From NCBI GenBank assembly GCA_000432835.1, contig FR890371.1:62915-126914 (forward strand): a stretch of DNA of 64,000 bases, in the 5' to 3' direction. A program made the position numbers and the translations under genes. The notes beneath the pieces were generated by a model. The model was given only the letters and a program-made list of their open reading frames with translations, ran no database searches and was not told the origin of the DNA. Positions 40,496 to 51,400 of this stretch are shown here, piece by piece (the first letter of the stretch is position 1; every line of letters starts with the position of its first letter). The DNA comes from Clostridium sp. CAG:417. Lineage in GTDB: Bacteria; Bacillota_I; Bacilli_A; RF39; UBA660.

Positions 40496-41080
40496 TTATT
40501 TTGTTATTTTTATACTTTCTATTACTGGTTGATTTTCTTTTTTGACTGTACCATTATCATCTTCTGTTTTGGTGTCTTTGCAAATCTTATCGACTATTTC
40601 CATACCAGATGTTACGTGACCAAAACCGGCGTATGAACCATCTAGAAATGTACTATCGCTTTGAACTATAAAAAATTGTGATGAAGCACTGTCATTTGCT
40701 TGGCTTCTAGCCATAGATATTGTACCTCTAGTGTGAGAAATATTATTTTCAACACCATTATTTTTAAATTCGCCCTTTATAGTTTTTTCGGAACCACCAG
40801 TACCGTTTCCTAGAGGGTCTCCACCTTGGATCATAAAACCATCTATTATACGATGAAAAGTAAGTCCATCATAGAATTTGTCATTTACCAGATTTACGAA
40901 ATTAGTAACTGTAATAGGAGCACTATCTGCATCTAGTTCTAATTTAATAACTCCATAATCCTTGATGTTTATTTCAGCATTTATTTTTCCGCTTAACATT
41001 TTATCATCACCATCACTACTACAACCAGTTATTAGAAAACAAGTTAAAACAACTATTAATAAATAACCAATCTTTTTCAT
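40496..41080 (-). CDS. Peptidyl-prolyl cis-trans isomerase, cyclophilin type, lipoprotein
   Basis: Lipobox LITGC|SS and cyclophilin motifs (FHRIIDGFMIQGGDP, GTGG). Confidence 0.88.
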   Translation of the reverse strand: MKKIGYLLIVVLTCFLITGCSSDGDDKMLSGKINAEINIKDYGVIKLELDADSAPITVTNFVNLVNDKFYDGLTFHRIIDGFMIQGGDPLGNGTGGSEKTIKGEFKNNGVENNISHTRGTISMARSQANDSASSQFFIVQSDSTFLDGSYAGFGHVTSGMEIVDKICKDTKTEDDNGTVKKENQPVIESIKITK

Positions 41081-41200
41081 TTTTCCATCCTTTCGCTTAT
41101 AAAGGTATCATATTATTAAAATTATTTCAACTGATTGTGAGGTTAAAGACTTGTATATATTTTTAAATTATAGTAAACTAAACATAGAGGAGAGAGATTC

Positions 41201-41746
41201 ATGCAAGAAGATTTGATAAAAGAGACTAAAGAAAAAATGGAAAAAAGTATGGAAAACCTTAATAAGAGGATGTCTACTGTTAGAGCAGGAAGAGCTAATC
41301 CATCAAGTTTAGATGGTGTTATGTGCGAATATTATGGTGTTATGACACCATTAAAACAACTTAGTATTATTTCAGTACCAGAAGGTAATCAATTACTTAT
41401 TAAACCATTTGATAAGAGTGCATTAGGCGCAATTGAAAAGGCTATAATAGCCGCTAATCTTGGATATAATCCATCTAATGATGGAGAAACAATAAGAATA
41501 ATCGTTCCAGCACTTACAGAAGAAAGAAGAAAAGAACTTATTAAACAAGTTAAAGGTATTTGTGAGGATGGTAAGGTAGCAGTTAGAAATATTAGACATG
41601 ACGCTATTGGAGATGCTAAAGACTTAGAACTTTCTGAGGATGAACTTAAGGGTGTTGAAAATAGAATTCAAGAATTAGTTAATACATATAATAAAAAAAT
41701 AGATGAATATTTAAAACAAAAAGAACAAGAATTATTAACTGTTTAG
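41201..41746 (+). CDS. frr: Ribosome-recycling factor
   Basis: Canonical RRF (MSTVRAGRANPSSLDGV...VRNIRHDA). Confidence 0.93.
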   Translation: MQEDLIKETKEKMEKSMENLNKRMSTVRAGRANPSSLDGVMCEYYGVMTPLKQLSIISVPEGNQLLIKPFDKSALGAIEKAIIAANLGYNPSNDGETIRIIVPALTEERRKELIKQVKGICEDGKVAVRNIRHDAIGDAKDLELSEDELKGVENRIQELVNTYNKKIDEYLKQKEQELLTV

Positions 41747-41789
41747 TAAAATGTCAAATTTAGACAAAAAAAACATATAAATTAGTGAG

Positions 41790-42491
41790 GTGATTTATAT
41801 GTTTTTTCATGTGTTTGAAATGGTTCATCATTTGTTTTTTACGGGAAGTTATTCTAATCAGGTGTTTCCAGAACCATTGTCTTTAGAAGAAGAAACAGTT
41901 ACTATTGAAAAAATGTTAAAGGGGGATAAGGAGGCTCGAAATAAATTAATTGAACATAATTTACGTTTAGTCGCACATATAGTAAAAAAGTTTGATTTTA
42001 AAGAAGGAGACCAGGATGATTTAATTAGTATAGGTACTATTGGATTAATTAAGGGAGTAGATACTTTTTCTAATCTTAAAAGCGTTAAATTAACAACATA
42101 TTGTGCTAGATGTATAGAAAATGAAATTTTGATGTTTTTTAGGTCAAATAACAAAAATAATAAGAATGTATCCTTAAATGATGCGGTTGGATATGATAAA
42201 GATGGCAATGAAATAGCTATTTTAGATGTTTTAAAGACTCCGAAGGAGGACTTTTTTGAGGGAATTGCCTTAAAGGATGATATAAATCTTTTAAATCAAT
42301 ATTTTGAAGTCCTTTCAGAAAGGGAAAAAGATATATTGATACGACGATATGGACTTTATGGAAATGATGAACATACACAAAAAGAAATAGCTAAAACACT
42401 ACATATTTCTAGAAGTTATGTTTCTCGAATAGAAAAAAGAGCACTTACCAAAATTTTACGGGAATTTATTAAGAATAATCAAATAGATTAG
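41790..42491 (+). CDS. sigK: RNA polymerase sporulation sigma factor SigK (pro-sigma-K, uninterrupted)
   Basis: Pro-sequence ...NQVFPEPLSLEEE, NLRLVAHIVKKF, TYCARCIENEILM and ISRSYVSRIEKRAL closely match Bacillus SigK rather than SigE. Confidence 0.8.
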   Translation: MIYMFFHVFEMVHHLFFTGSYSNQVFPEPLSLEEETVTIEKMLKGDKEARNKLIEHNLRLVAHIVKKFDFKEGDQDDLISIGTIGLIKGVDTFSNLKSVKLTTYCARCIENEILMFFRSNNKNNKNVSLNDAVGYDKDGNEIAILDVLKTPKEDFFEGIALKDDINLLNQYFEVLSEREKDILIRRYGLYGNDEHTQKEIAKTLHISRSYVSRIEKRALTKILREFIKNNQID

Positions 42492-42546
42492 AAAAAATGT
42501 TTTCAAAAAGTTAATTTAGGGTATAATAAGACTAGTGGTGATATTT

Positions 42547-44304
42547 GTGGCAAAGAAAAATGGCAAAAAAAAGAAGAAAAATAATAAAAAGAAAAATGGG
42601 ACAAAGTTAAAAAATATAAATCAAGTTGGTAAAAAAGTAAACTATAAACAAAGCTCAAAAAGAATTAAGGCAAGTAGTACTACTGAAAATAAGGAAAATA
42701 ATTTGGAAGAGGATTTTCTTAAGTTGCAGGAAAAAATAAACTTGAAAAATGGAACATTGAAAATGGATTTAACTACTAGTTCTTCTGATACTCATGGTAG
42801 TAAAAGTGAGAAAAAGGAAAATACTAAAGATGTTAATATTTCAGATGATGTAGATGATTTATTTGACGTTTTGGATACGACAGTAAAACTTGATGATTTA
42901 TTTTTAGAAAATGATGAAAAAGAGCATAGGAATAAGAAACTTGTGGTTGGTGTTATTTTGAGTATAATTATACTTCTTGCATATTTTATATTCTTATTTA
43001 TTGTACCGCAAGTAAGATTAAAGGGTAAAAGAGTAATGGTTATTAACTATAAAGAAAAGTATGTTGAACCCGGTTATAGAGCTTATTTTCTAAATAAAAA
43101 ATTAACTAATAAGGTTGTAGTCACAGGAGGAGTTAACTCCTCTAAACTTGGTACTTATAAAATAAAATATAGTATGGGGTATAAAGGTTTTAACAATAGG
43201 AGAGTAAGGATTGTTAAAGTTAAAGATTTATCAAAGCCTGTAATTAAGCTTAATGGTCATGAAAATACTTCTGTGTGTCCTAATAAAGAATATAAGGAAG
43301 AAGGATATAGAGCTTATGACAATTATGATGGTGATATTACTAAAAAAGTAGAAGTTATAAAGAATGAGAAATTTTACTTATATAAAGTAAGTGATAGTAA
43401 TGGTAATAAAACTTCTATTAAAAGAAATATTACTTATGAAGATAAAGTTAAACCTGTTATTTCAGTTAATAAAAATATTTATCTTTTAGAAGGGGAAGAG
43501 CTTAAAAAAGATTATAAGGCGTATGATAACTGCGATGGCGATATTACTAAAAATGTTAAGGTTGTTGGAAGTATTGATACAAGTAAGGCAGGAGAATATA
43601 GTTTAAAGTATTCTGTTAAAGATAGTTCTTTAAATCAAGATGATGTTTTGCAGAAAATACATGTAATGAAAAATGATGCTCCAGGTACTATTTATTTAAC
43701 TTTTGATGATGGGCCTCGTGAAGGAACGACTGATGTTATTTTGGATATTTTAAAAGAAGAAAATGTCAAAGCAACATTTTTTGTAACTAACGGTGGACCT
43801 GATTACTTGATAAAAAGAGAGTATGATGAAGGTCATGCTATAGGATTACATACTGCGAGTCATGATTATAAAACGGTTTATCAAAGTGTTGATGGTTACT
43901 TTAATGATTTACTTAGTGTTCAAAATAGAGTAAAAAATATAACAGGAATTAATACTATGATTATTAGGTTTCCTGGTGGTAGCAGTAATACAGTTAGTAG
44001 AAGATATCAAAACGGGATTATGAGTATTCTTACGACAGAAGTTTTAAATAGAGGATATCGTTATTATGATTGGAATTTAAGTAGTGGTGATGCTGAAGGT
44101 GGAAGACATGATGCGGATGAGATTTATAATAACGTTGTTAATGGTCTTTCCAAAGATAGAGTAAACATGGTTTTGATGCATGATATAAAACCTTATACCC
44201 GTGATGCTTTAAGAAATATAATTCAGTATGGAAAAAGCAATGGTTATACCTTTGCATCTATTACTGATAATACACAAATGATAAAGCAAAAAGTTAATAA
44301 CTAG
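42547..44304 (+). CDS. Polysaccharide deacetylase (CE4/NodB domain) with a Lys-rich N-terminus, a TM helix and three Ig-like repeats (each roughly 80 aa)
   Basis: C-terminal NodB motifs (TFDDGP, HTASH, RFPGG). Three repeats contain EEGYRAYDNYDGDITKKV-like sequence. Probable GTG start after the GGTGAT SD. Confidence 0.7.
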   Translation: MAKKNGKKKKKNNKKKNGTKLKNINQVGKKVNYKQSSKRIKASSTTENKENNLEEDFLKLQEKINLKNGTLKMDLTTSSSDTHGSKSEKKENTKDVNISDDVDDLFDVLDTTVKLDDLFLENDEKEHRNKKLVVGVILSIIILLAYFIFLFIVPQVRLKGKRVMVINYKEKYVEPGYRAYFLNKKLTNKVVVTGGVNSSKLGTYKIKYSMGYKGFNNRRVRIVKVKDLSKPVIKLNGHENTSVCPNKEYKEEGYRAYDNYDGDITKKVEVIKNEKFYLYKVSDSNGNKTSIKRNITYEDKVKPVISVNKNIYLLEGEELKKDYKAYDNCDGDITKNVKVVGSIDTSKAGEYSLKYSVKDSSLNQDDVLQKIHVMKNDAPGTIYLTFDDGPREGTTDVILDILKEENVKATFFVTNGGPDYLIKREYDEGHAIGLHTASHDYKTVYQSVDGYFNDLLSVQNRVKNITGINTMIIRFPGGSSNTVSRRYQNGIMSILTTEVLNRGYRYYDWNLSSGDAEGGRHDADEIYNNVVNGLSKDRVNMVLMHDIKPYTRDALRNIIQYGKSNGYTFASITDNTQMIKQKVNN

Positions 44305-44332
44305 AACTTTAGGTGTTCTAGTTTGCTTTTTT
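44301..44332 (+). terminator. Rho-independent terminator
   Basis: CTAGAAC-tttaggt-GTTCTAG hairpin followed by TTTGCTTTTTT. Confidence 0.7.
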
Positions 44333-44357
44333 ACAATAATATTGTATAATAAGACTG

Positions 44358-44882
44358 GTGATTTATTTGAAGTATATTCCGTATATATATAAAAGAACTA
44401 TTTTTGATATTCCATACGATAAGTTAAAGAAAGAGAATATTAAATGTTTGATATTTGATTTAGATAATACTTTGGCATTGATTGATGAAAGAGAATGTCC
44501 TCTTAAAACAATGAAATTAATTGAAAAGTTAAAAAAGGAATTTACGGTTTTAATTATTACTAATAATACAAGAAAACGTATAATTCCTTATCAAATGACT
44601 TTAGGAGTTGATGCTATATACTTAGCAATGAAACCATTTACACGAGGACTTAGAAAAGTTCAAAAGAAGTATGGATTTCAGAAAAGTGAAATGATAATGA
44701 TAGGAGATCAATTAGTTACTGATATTAAATCTGGCGTAAAATTTGGTATTAAAACTATTTTGGTTGATCCATTAGGTAAGAAAGATTTAAAAATTACTAG
44801 TTTTAATAGATTTATAGAGAATCAAAAAATTAGTAAATATAAAAAAGAAAACTTATTCGAAAGAGGTAGATATTATGAATAA
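44358..44882 (+). CDS. yqeG: YqeG-family HAD phosphatase
   Basis: Aligns by eye with B. subtilis YqeG (DLDNTL, GDQLVTDI). GTG at 44358 or TTG at 44367 as start; the exact start is uncertain. Confidence 0.8.
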   Translation: MIYLKYIPYIYKRTIFDIPYDKLKKENIKCLIFDLDNTLALIDERECPLKTMKLIEKLKKEFTVLIITNNTRKRIIPYQMTLGVDAIYLAMKPFTRGLRKVQKKYGFQKSEMIMIGDQLVTDIKSGVKFGIKTILVDPLGKKDLKITSFNRFIENQKISKYKKENLFERGRYYE

Positions 44883-45876
44883 GAAATGTCTTGGATGTGG
44901 AGTAGAATTACAAGATGAAAATATGCTCTTGGATGGGTATACAGTTAATTTAGAAAATGATTTGTGTCAAAGATGTTTTAGGTTAAAAAATTATGGAGAA
45001 TATCAAGCAACAACTAAAACAAATGAAGAATACCAACAAATACTTGAAGCAGTTGGAAAGACAAAGGATTTAGTTGTTTATGTTACAGATGTTTTAAATG
45101 TAGAACAAGATTTATATGATATTAGAAAGTTTTTACCTAATAAAATATTATTAGTATTAAATAAAAGAGATGTAATTCCTAAATCTGTAAAAGATGAAAA
45201 ATTGATTCAATACTTTAAAGACAAATATGATTTCTTTAATGATATAGTAGTAGTTAGTTGCGAGAAAAATATGAATATTGATCATTTATTAAATAGGATT
45301 AAGTTTTTTCAAGTAACTAAACAAGTCTATGTAGTAGGTCATACTAATGCAGGTAAGAGTAGTCTAATTAATAAACTTATAAAAAATTATTCAGATAGTA
45401 AACAAGAACTTACAATTTCACCACTTCCTTCTACAACACTTAATCTAATAAATATAGAGATTAATGATTATTTAACAATCATCGATACTCCTGGACTAAT
45501 TGATGAAGGATCTATTACAAATTATGTTGATAATGAACTACTAAAAATAATTACACCTAAAAAAGAAATAAAAACAAAGACTTATCAGTTAAGAAGAGGG
45601 CAATCTATTATCATAGGAGATTTAGTTAGAATTGATTATGTTGATGGGGAAAAAAATAGTTTTACCTTATATATATCTAATGATATCAAAACTAAAAGAA
45701 TTATTTCATCGAGACATGATGACCTTAAAAATTTAGCAAAAAGAACATATCAACTTCCTTTTAATCAAGATATTGTTATCAAAGGACTTGGTTTTATAAA
45801 AGTAGTAAATAGAGGAGTAGTTGATATATATTTAAATCAGAGAGTAGAGACATTTTTAAGAGATAATCTTATTTAA
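44875..45876 (+). CDS. yqeH: Ribosome biogenesis GTPase YqeH (circularly permuted)
   Basis: N-terminal CxGCG...CQRC zinc finger and a permuted G-domain (G4 LNKRD before G1 GHTNAGKSS). Confidence 0.85.
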   Translation: MNKKCLGCGVELQDENMLLDGYTVNLENDLCQRCFRLKNYGEYQATTKTNEEYQQILEAVGKTKDLVVYVTDVLNVEQDLYDIRKFLPNKILLVLNKRDVIPKSVKDEKLIQYFKDKYDFFNDIVVVSCEKNMNIDHLLNRIKFFQVTKQVYVVGHTNAGKSSLINKLIKNYSDSKQELTISPLPSTTLNLINIEINDYLTIIDTPGLIDEGSITNYVDNELLKIITPKKEIKTKTYQLRRGQSIIIGDLVRIDYVDGEKNSFTLYISNDIKTKRIISSRHDDLKNLAKRTYQLPFNQDIVIKGLGFIKVVNRGVVDIYLNQRVETFLRDNLI

Positions 45877-45961
45877 TAAGTAAAATGGCATGTAAAGTAT
45901 ATGCTGTTTTCTTTTTCTATTAGTTTATTATGTTATAATCTGTATAGGTAAGGTGATATTT

Positions 45962-47722
45962 ATGACAAAGTTAGAAGAGGCTTTAGGAAGACTTGGCAAT
46001 TTAGAATTAGATAAAAATACAGATGATATTATTAATTACTTAGAAAATAATAAAGAAAAAATAGTAATTGAAAAGCAGGAATTTTCTCTCACTGATATTA
46101 TTTCTTTTGCTAAGAATCCTTCGCTAATCTTAGAAAAAAGGCAAATAGAGGTGGCTGATAATGGTATTAAGACATATCACTTTAATAAAAAATTTATAGA
46201 TTTAGTTAGTAAACATATGTCTTCTTCTATATCTTCATTAACTATTCCAGCTTCTTATTTTAATAAAAATAGTGTTTTTAAATATCCAAATTTAGAAGAG
46301 CTTAACCTGAATATAAATAAATATGATTTATTTAAAATAGATTTGAAGACAATGAAACAATTATTAAATCAAACAAAAATAAGAAAGCTTGATGTAGATT
46401 GTTATCTTGATGATCAGGTATTATTAGAGAATTGTTGTGGAATTAAGTCCTTTATGGGAAGTAAACTTAATATGGATGGCTTAAATATAAATTCAAGAAA
46501 CTATCAATTTAATCCTAAAGTAGAAGGCTTCGTAAAAAAGGATGGTACGGGAGTTAATGAAGTTTTGGATTTAGCTTTAAAAAATAAAACCTCAGATATA
46601 GAAGGTATAAAAATTTATAATAACTATAAATGTGGGTATGGAAATGATAAAATTGATTATCAGAAATATAAAAAAGGCTCAATTATTGAATTTGGTGATA
46701 CCGAATGTCAAAAAGATGTTAAAGCTATAAAAATAAAAAATATAGAGCATATAATGGATGTTTTTGATATAGTTAACAGCTTTCAGGAAAGAGGATTTGA
46801 GGTAGAAGCAATTTATTTATTTTTAGAGAATAAAACTTATGATGATATGAATTTATTAAGACAACTAGACAAAAAATATGATTTAAAGATAAAATATGAT
46901 GGGTCTTTACAGGTAATAGATAGTAATACTTTTGTGGGAATGAGAGATAGCATAGACTATTATAAAGATGTAATAAATAATAGTAACTCATCTAATTTAG
47001 AAAAAATAATGCTTGCTTATGATATTGTTAAGTCTTTTCCTTATAAGGAAAGAAAAGATAATTTAAGGATACCTCGAGAGGTAGCGACTATTATTAAAGA
47101 TGGTAATATTGTTTGTGTAGGATATTCACAATTATTATCTCAAATTCTAAAAGAAACAGGAGTAGATAGTTATACAATAAGTACATCTGTTCCGGTAGGG
47201 GATGATGTTATAGGTCATGAAAGAAATGTGATAGTTGTTGATGATGATAAGTATGATATACATGGAAATTATGTCTTTGATGTAACATGGGACTCTGCTA
47301 AAAACATAACTAAATGTATTGATAGTGAAGAAAAAAATGTTTTAAGAAGTAAAAGTAGTCCTATATTAGATACTGATCAAGTAGTAAAACATTATGATAA
47401 TTTAGTTCTTTATAGATACTTTTTAATTTCTGATAACAGATATAATAGTTGTTTTCCAGGGGAGCCTTATCCAGATTTTAAATATGCGGAAAAGATTTCT
47501 TCATCAGGAGAGACATTTGATGATGATACCTTAGGTAGTAAGGAGTTAGAACAATCTAAGTTTATAGAATTACTTTATAATGTAAAACTTAGGGAGGGTT
47601 ATTCTGACGCTAATGTAGAAGAGGAAATAGAAGATATATTTGATTTTTTAGGAAATTACTCTAAAGATGATATTAAAAAAGAGATAGAAAAGATTATTAA
47701 CAATAATTCTAAACAAGTATAA
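45962..47722 (+). CDS. Hypothetical protein with a transglutaminase-like (Cys-His-Asp) core
   Basis: C(VGYSQLLSQIL)...H(ERNVIVVDDD)...DVTWD resembles the transglutaminase-like cysteine protease fold. Start at the ATG after GGTGAT; extended -10 TGTTATAAT at 45931. Confidence 0.4.
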   Translation: MTKLEEALGRLGNLELDKNTDDIINYLENNKEKIVIEKQEFSLTDIISFAKNPSLILEKRQIEVADNGIKTYHFNKKFIDLVSKHMSSSISSLTIPASYFNKNSVFKYPNLEELNLNINKYDLFKIDLKTMKQLLNQTKIRKLDVDCYLDDQVLLENCCGIKSFMGSKLNMDGLNINSRNYQFNPKVEGFVKKDGTGVNEVLDLALKNKTSDIEGIKIYNNYKCGYGNDKIDYQKYKKGSIIEFGDTECQKDVKAIKIKNIEHIMDVFDIVNSFQERGFEVEAIYLFLENKTYDDMNLLRQLDKKYDLKIKYDGSLQVIDSNTFVGMRDSIDYYKDVINNSNSSNLEKIMLAYDIVKSFPYKERKDNLRIPREVATIIKDGNIVCVGYSQLLSQILKETGVDSYTISTSVPVGDDVIGHERNVIVVDDDKYDIHGNYVFDVTWDSAKNITKCIDSEEKNVLRSKSSPILDTDQVVKHYDNLVLYRYFLISDNRYNSCFPGEPYPDFKYAEKISSSGETFDDDTLGSKELEQSKFIELLYNVKLREGYSDANVEEEIEDIFDFLGNYSKDDIKKEIEKIINNNSKQV

Positions 47723-47788
47723 GAGAGTATAATATAATTGAAATTATACTAAATTTATGACATAATATAAATGTTTGGAGACGATACT

Positions 47789-49525
47789 ATGAATGGACAG
47801 ACTGTTAGTAATTTAATTAGAAGTAAAACTGATATAGTAGATATTATAGGAGAAAGAATACCTTTAGTAAAAAAAGGAAAGAACTTTTTTGGAATTTGTC
47901 CGTTTCATGATGATACTAATCCTTCAATGTCTGTTTCTAGAGAAAAACAAATATATACTTGTTTTACTTGTCACGCTACGGGAAATGTTTTTAAGTTTTT
48001 AATGGATTATGAAAAAATGAGTTTTCCTGAGGCTTTAAAGTATTTGGGGGATAGAGTAGGAGTAGATACAAATAGTGTAAGGCTAAAAAAAGTAAATAAT
48101 AATAATGATAAATATTATGAAATGTATGACTTTGCAACTAAATATTATCAAAATAATATTTTATCTCCAGCTGGTAGTATGGCTAGAACTTATCTTTCGA
48201 AAAGAGGAATAGATAAAGATATCATTAAAAAATTTGAAATAGGTCTTTCTCTTCCTAATAATGCTGATTTAACAGAATTACTTTTGAAGAAGAAGTATGA
48301 TATAGTTGATCTTAATAAAGCAGGGCTTACTAATAGTAATTACGATGTGTATAAAGATAGAATTATGTTTCCCCTTTTTGATATAAATGGAAAAGTAGTA
48401 GGATTTTCAGGAAGAATATATAAAGATAGCCAAGATAATAAGTATTTGAATACAAAAGAGACTCCTATATTTGTTAAGGGAGAACAACTATATAATTATC
48501 ATATTGCTAAAGAGAAAGCTAGAATTTTAAAATATGTAATTATTATGGAAGGGTTTATGGATGTTATTAGAGCTAGTACTATTGGGTATGAAAATGTAAT
48601 AGCTTTAATGGGAACAGCTCTTACTCATGAACAAATGAAATTAATAAAGAGACTTTCTAATAACATTATATTGTGCTTAGATGGAGATAATCCAGGAAAA
48701 GCTGCGGCCTATAAATTAGGAGAAGAATTTTTAAAAGAAAAAATAGAAGTAAAAGTCGTTACCTTACCTAATAATGATGATCCAGATAGTTTTATTTTAA
48801 AAGAAGGAAAAGAAAAGTTTGCAAGATATATAGAAGAAGCAGAAAATTATAATGATTATAAAATTAGAGTAATGCGTGATAATGTTAATTTTCAAAGTGA
48901 TATAGAAAAAGCTAATTATATTAATAACGTTTTAAAAGAATTAACAGAAGTAAATGATGAAATAAGAATAGAAATTATTTTAAAAAAGCTTGCAAAAGAG
49001 TTCAATTTGGGGTATAATACGTTGGAAAAAAAGTTTTCTAACATTAAAAATAACAAACCTCAAGAAGAGATTAAATTTGTGCCAAAAAATACATCGAAAA
49101 GAAAAGATAAATATAGACAAGCCATAGAACAGGTAATATATTATATGCTTACTAATGAATGGGTAATTAGTGAAGTCGATAAAGAAAGACTCTTATTACC
49201 AGATGATAAAATTAGAATACTAGTACAAGAAATAATATATTATTATAAAACATATGGGGCAGTTTCAATTGCTGATTTTTATACATATTTACAAGATAAA
49301 CAAGAATTATTAGAGACTTTTAATAGTATTTTAAATAGCAATTATAATGATGAAGTTAGTAAGGAAGTTTTATATTTATATTTTGATGTTATTAGGGAAA
49401 ATGTAAAGAATAAAGAGATTAAGAGGTTGGAAGAAAAATTAGTCAAAGAAATAGATCCACTAGAACAAGCTAAGTTGGCTGATATGATTAGAAAGTTACG
49501 AATAGGAGAAAGTAATAATGGTTGA
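47789..49525 (+). CDS. dnaG: DNA primase
   Basis: Zinc-binding domain ([14 protein letters not shown]....CFTCH), TOPRIM (EGFMDV, DGDNPG). Start chosen at the ATG after GGAGA. Confidence 0.92.
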   Translation: MNGQTVSNLIRSKTDIVDIIGERIPLVKKGKNFFGICPFHDDTNPSMSVSREKQIYTCFTCHATGNVFKFLMDYEKMSFPEALKYLGDRVGVDTNSVRLKKVNNNNDKYYEMYDFATKYYQNNILSPAGSMARTYLSKRGIDKDIIKKFEIGLSLPNNADLTELLLKKKYDIVDLNKAGLTNSNYDVYKDRIMFPLFDINGKVVGFSGRIYKDSQDNKYLNTKETPIFVKGEQLYNYHIAKEKARILKYVIIMEGFMDVIRASTIGYENVIALMGTALTHEQMKLIKRLSNNIILCLDGDNPGKAAAYKLGEEFLKEKIEVKVVTLPNNDDPDSFILKEGKEKFARYIEEAENYNDYKIRVMRDNVNFQSDIEKANYINNVLKELTEVNDEIRIEIILKKLAKEFNLGYNTLEKKFSNIKNNKPQEEIKFVPKNTSKRKDKYRQAIEQVIYYMLTNEWVISEVDKERLLLPDDKIRILVQEIIYYYKTYGAVSIADFYTYLQDKQELLETFNSILNSNYNDEVSKEVLYLYFDVIRENVKNKEIKRLEEKLVKEIDPLEQAKLADMIRKLRIGESNNG

Positions 49526-50612
49526 AGAAATAAAAACAATGGATGAGAGAAAAAATAAGTTAATCAATTTAGGTAAGAAGCAGGGATATATTACTTATGA
49601 ACAACTTGCTGATGAGTTAAAAGGATTAGATATTGATAGTGATGTTTTAGATGACCTTTATAATTCCTTGGTTGAAGTGGGTATTGAAATAGTAGCAGAA
49701 GATGGTAGCAGTGATGGTGATGATGGTAGTGATATTACTCAAGATATATCAGTTGAAGAGTTAACTTTATCAAAAGATGTTAAAATCAATGACCCTGTTA
49801 GAATGTATTTAAAAGAAATTGGTCGTATTAACTTACTTACATCAGATGAGGAGTTTGAATATGCTAGAAGGGCTATTGATGGAGATGAAGAAGCAAAGAA
49901 AATGCTTGCTGAATCAAATTTAAGATTAGTTGTTTCTATTGCTAAACGTTATGTAGGACGTGGTATGTTATTTCTTGATCTTATTCAAGAGGGAAATATT
50001 GGACTTATGAAGGCAGTAGATAAGTTTGATCCAACTAAAGGATATAAGTTTTCAACTTACGCTACTTGGTGGATAAGACAAGCTATAACTCGTGCTATTG
50101 CAGATCAAGCAAGAACTATCAGAGTTCCTGTTCATATGGTTGAAACAATCAATAAATTATCTCGTGTTCAAAGACAATTAACACAAGAGTTAAATCGTGA
50201 ACCTACAGATGAAGAAATCGCTAAAAAATTAGATATTCCAGTAGAAAAAGTAAGAGAAGTATATAAAATAAGTCAAGATCCTGTATCATTAGAAACACCA
50301 ATTGGTGAGGAAGAAGATTCACATCTTGGAGATTTCTTGCCAGATGAGAGAACAATGGGACCAGAAGAATTTACAACGCAAGAAATGTTAAAAGAAGAGT
50401 TAGATGGTGTCTTACTTACCTTGACTGATCGTGAAGAAAAAGTTCTTCGCCTTCGTTTTGGACTTGATGACGGTCAGTGTAGAACACTAGAAGAAGTAGG
50501 CCAAATCTTTGGAGTTACTAGAGAACGTATTCGTCAAATTGAAGCTAAGGCTTTAAGAAAATTAAGACATCCATCACGTTCAAGAAAATTAAAGGATTTC
50601 ATGACTGACTAA
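49518..50612 (+). CDS. rpoD: RNA polymerase sigma factor RpoD/SigA
   Basis: Regions 1.2-4 ([50 protein letters not shown]). Overlaps dnaG by 8 nt. Confidence 0.95.
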   Translation: MVEEIKTMDERKNKLINLGKKQGYITYEQLADELKGLDIDSDVLDDLYNSLVEVGIEIVAEDGSSDGDDGSDITQDISVEELTLSKDVKINDPVRMYLKEIGRINLLTSDEEFEYARRAIDGDEEAKKMLAESNLRLVVSIAKRYVGRGMLFLDLIQEGNIGLMKAVDKFDPTKGYKFSTYATWWIRQAITRAIADQARTIRVPVHMVETINKLSRVQRQLTQELNREPTDEEIAKKLDIPVEKVREVYKISQDPVSLETPIGEEEDSHLGDFLPDERTMGPEEFTTQEMLKEELDGVLLTLTDREEKVLRLRFGLDDGQCRTLEEVGQIFGVTRERIRQIEAKALRKLRHPSRSRKLKDFMTD

Positions 50613-51292
50613 TGATAGTAAATAAAAGATTAAAAGAGGTTTCAAAACTTGTAGATGATGGAAGTAGTATTTTAGATGTAGGGTGTGACCATGCTTTTTT
50701 AGATATCTTTTTGGCACAAGATAAAACTAAAAAACTAAAAAAAATAGTAGCTAGTGATAATAAAGAAGGACCACTAGAGCAAGCTAAAAATAACATTTTA
50801 CAACATAAGTTAAGTGAACTTATAGAACTTAGACTCGGAAATGGATTAGATGTTTACACTAGTGATATAGATACAGTAATTATTTCTGGAATGGGTGGCA
50901 GAAATATGATTGGAATTTTTAAGGCTCATCCTGAATACCTTAAAAATATAAATACTTTTATCTTATCACCAAATAATTTTCAAGTTGACTTAAAAAAATT
51001 TTTAGTAAAGTCTAATTTTAAAATAGAAAAAGAAGTTTTAGTGAAAGATGGAAAGTATATTTATCAAGTCATTAAATTTGTGAGGGGTAAGGCCCACTAT
51101 AGTAGTCGAGAATACTTTTTTGGACCTTTATTACTTAAAAATAAAGATAAATTATTTATAGAATATTATACTAGAGAACTAAAATCTAGACAGATAATCA
51201 TAAAGTTATTGCCTGCTGGTTTTAGTTTCAGAAAAATAAAACTAAAAAAAGAGATAAAGATTATTAGTTTAGAACTTGCTAATACTAGATAG
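50612..51292 (+). CDS. trmK: tRNA (adenine22-N1)-methyltransferase TrmK (YqfN)
   Basis: SAM-binding DVGCDHA motif. Conserved position after sigA, as in Bacillus. Confidence 0.75.
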   Translation: MIVNKRLKEVSKLVDDGSSILDVGCDHAFLDIFLAQDKTKKLKKIVASDNKEGPLEQAKNNILQHKLSELIELRLGNGLDVYTSDIDTVIISGMGGRNMIGIFKAHPEYLKNINTFILSPNNFQVDLKKFLVKSNFKIEKEVLVKDGKYIYQVIKFVRGKAHYSSREYFFGPLLLKNKDKLFIEYYTRELKSRQIIIKLLPAGFSFRKIKLKKEIKIISLELANTR

Positions 51293-51316
51293 AGGACTTA
51301 GTCTTCTTTTTTTTGC
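51291..51316 (+). terminator. Rho-independent terminator of the dnaG-rpoD-trmK operon
   Basis: AGAGGA-cttag-TCTTCT hairpin followed by TTTTTTTTT. Confidence 0.65.
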
Positions 51317-51400
51317 CACTTTTATTAGAATTGTTTAATCTTTTATATAGAATATTTTATTATTGTCTGATATAATTAATTAGAATAGAAAGGTGATTTG

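Noticed and set aside
40433-40636. 67-aa + strand ORF opposite the cyclophilin gene
   Set aside because: Antisense to a conserved lipoprotein PPIase. No RBS.
42505-44370. Apparent repeated 30-nt element (GTATAATAAGACTaGTGGTGATaTTTG) upstream of both the deacetylase gene and yqeG
   Set aside because: On inspection it is just a TATAAT -10 followed by the organism's common GGTGAT Shine-Dalgarno and start context. The same SD/start context (GGTGATATTT[AG]TG) also precedes the gene at 45962, and ppdK has GGTGATTTGATG. So it is not a distinct mobile or regulatory repeat.
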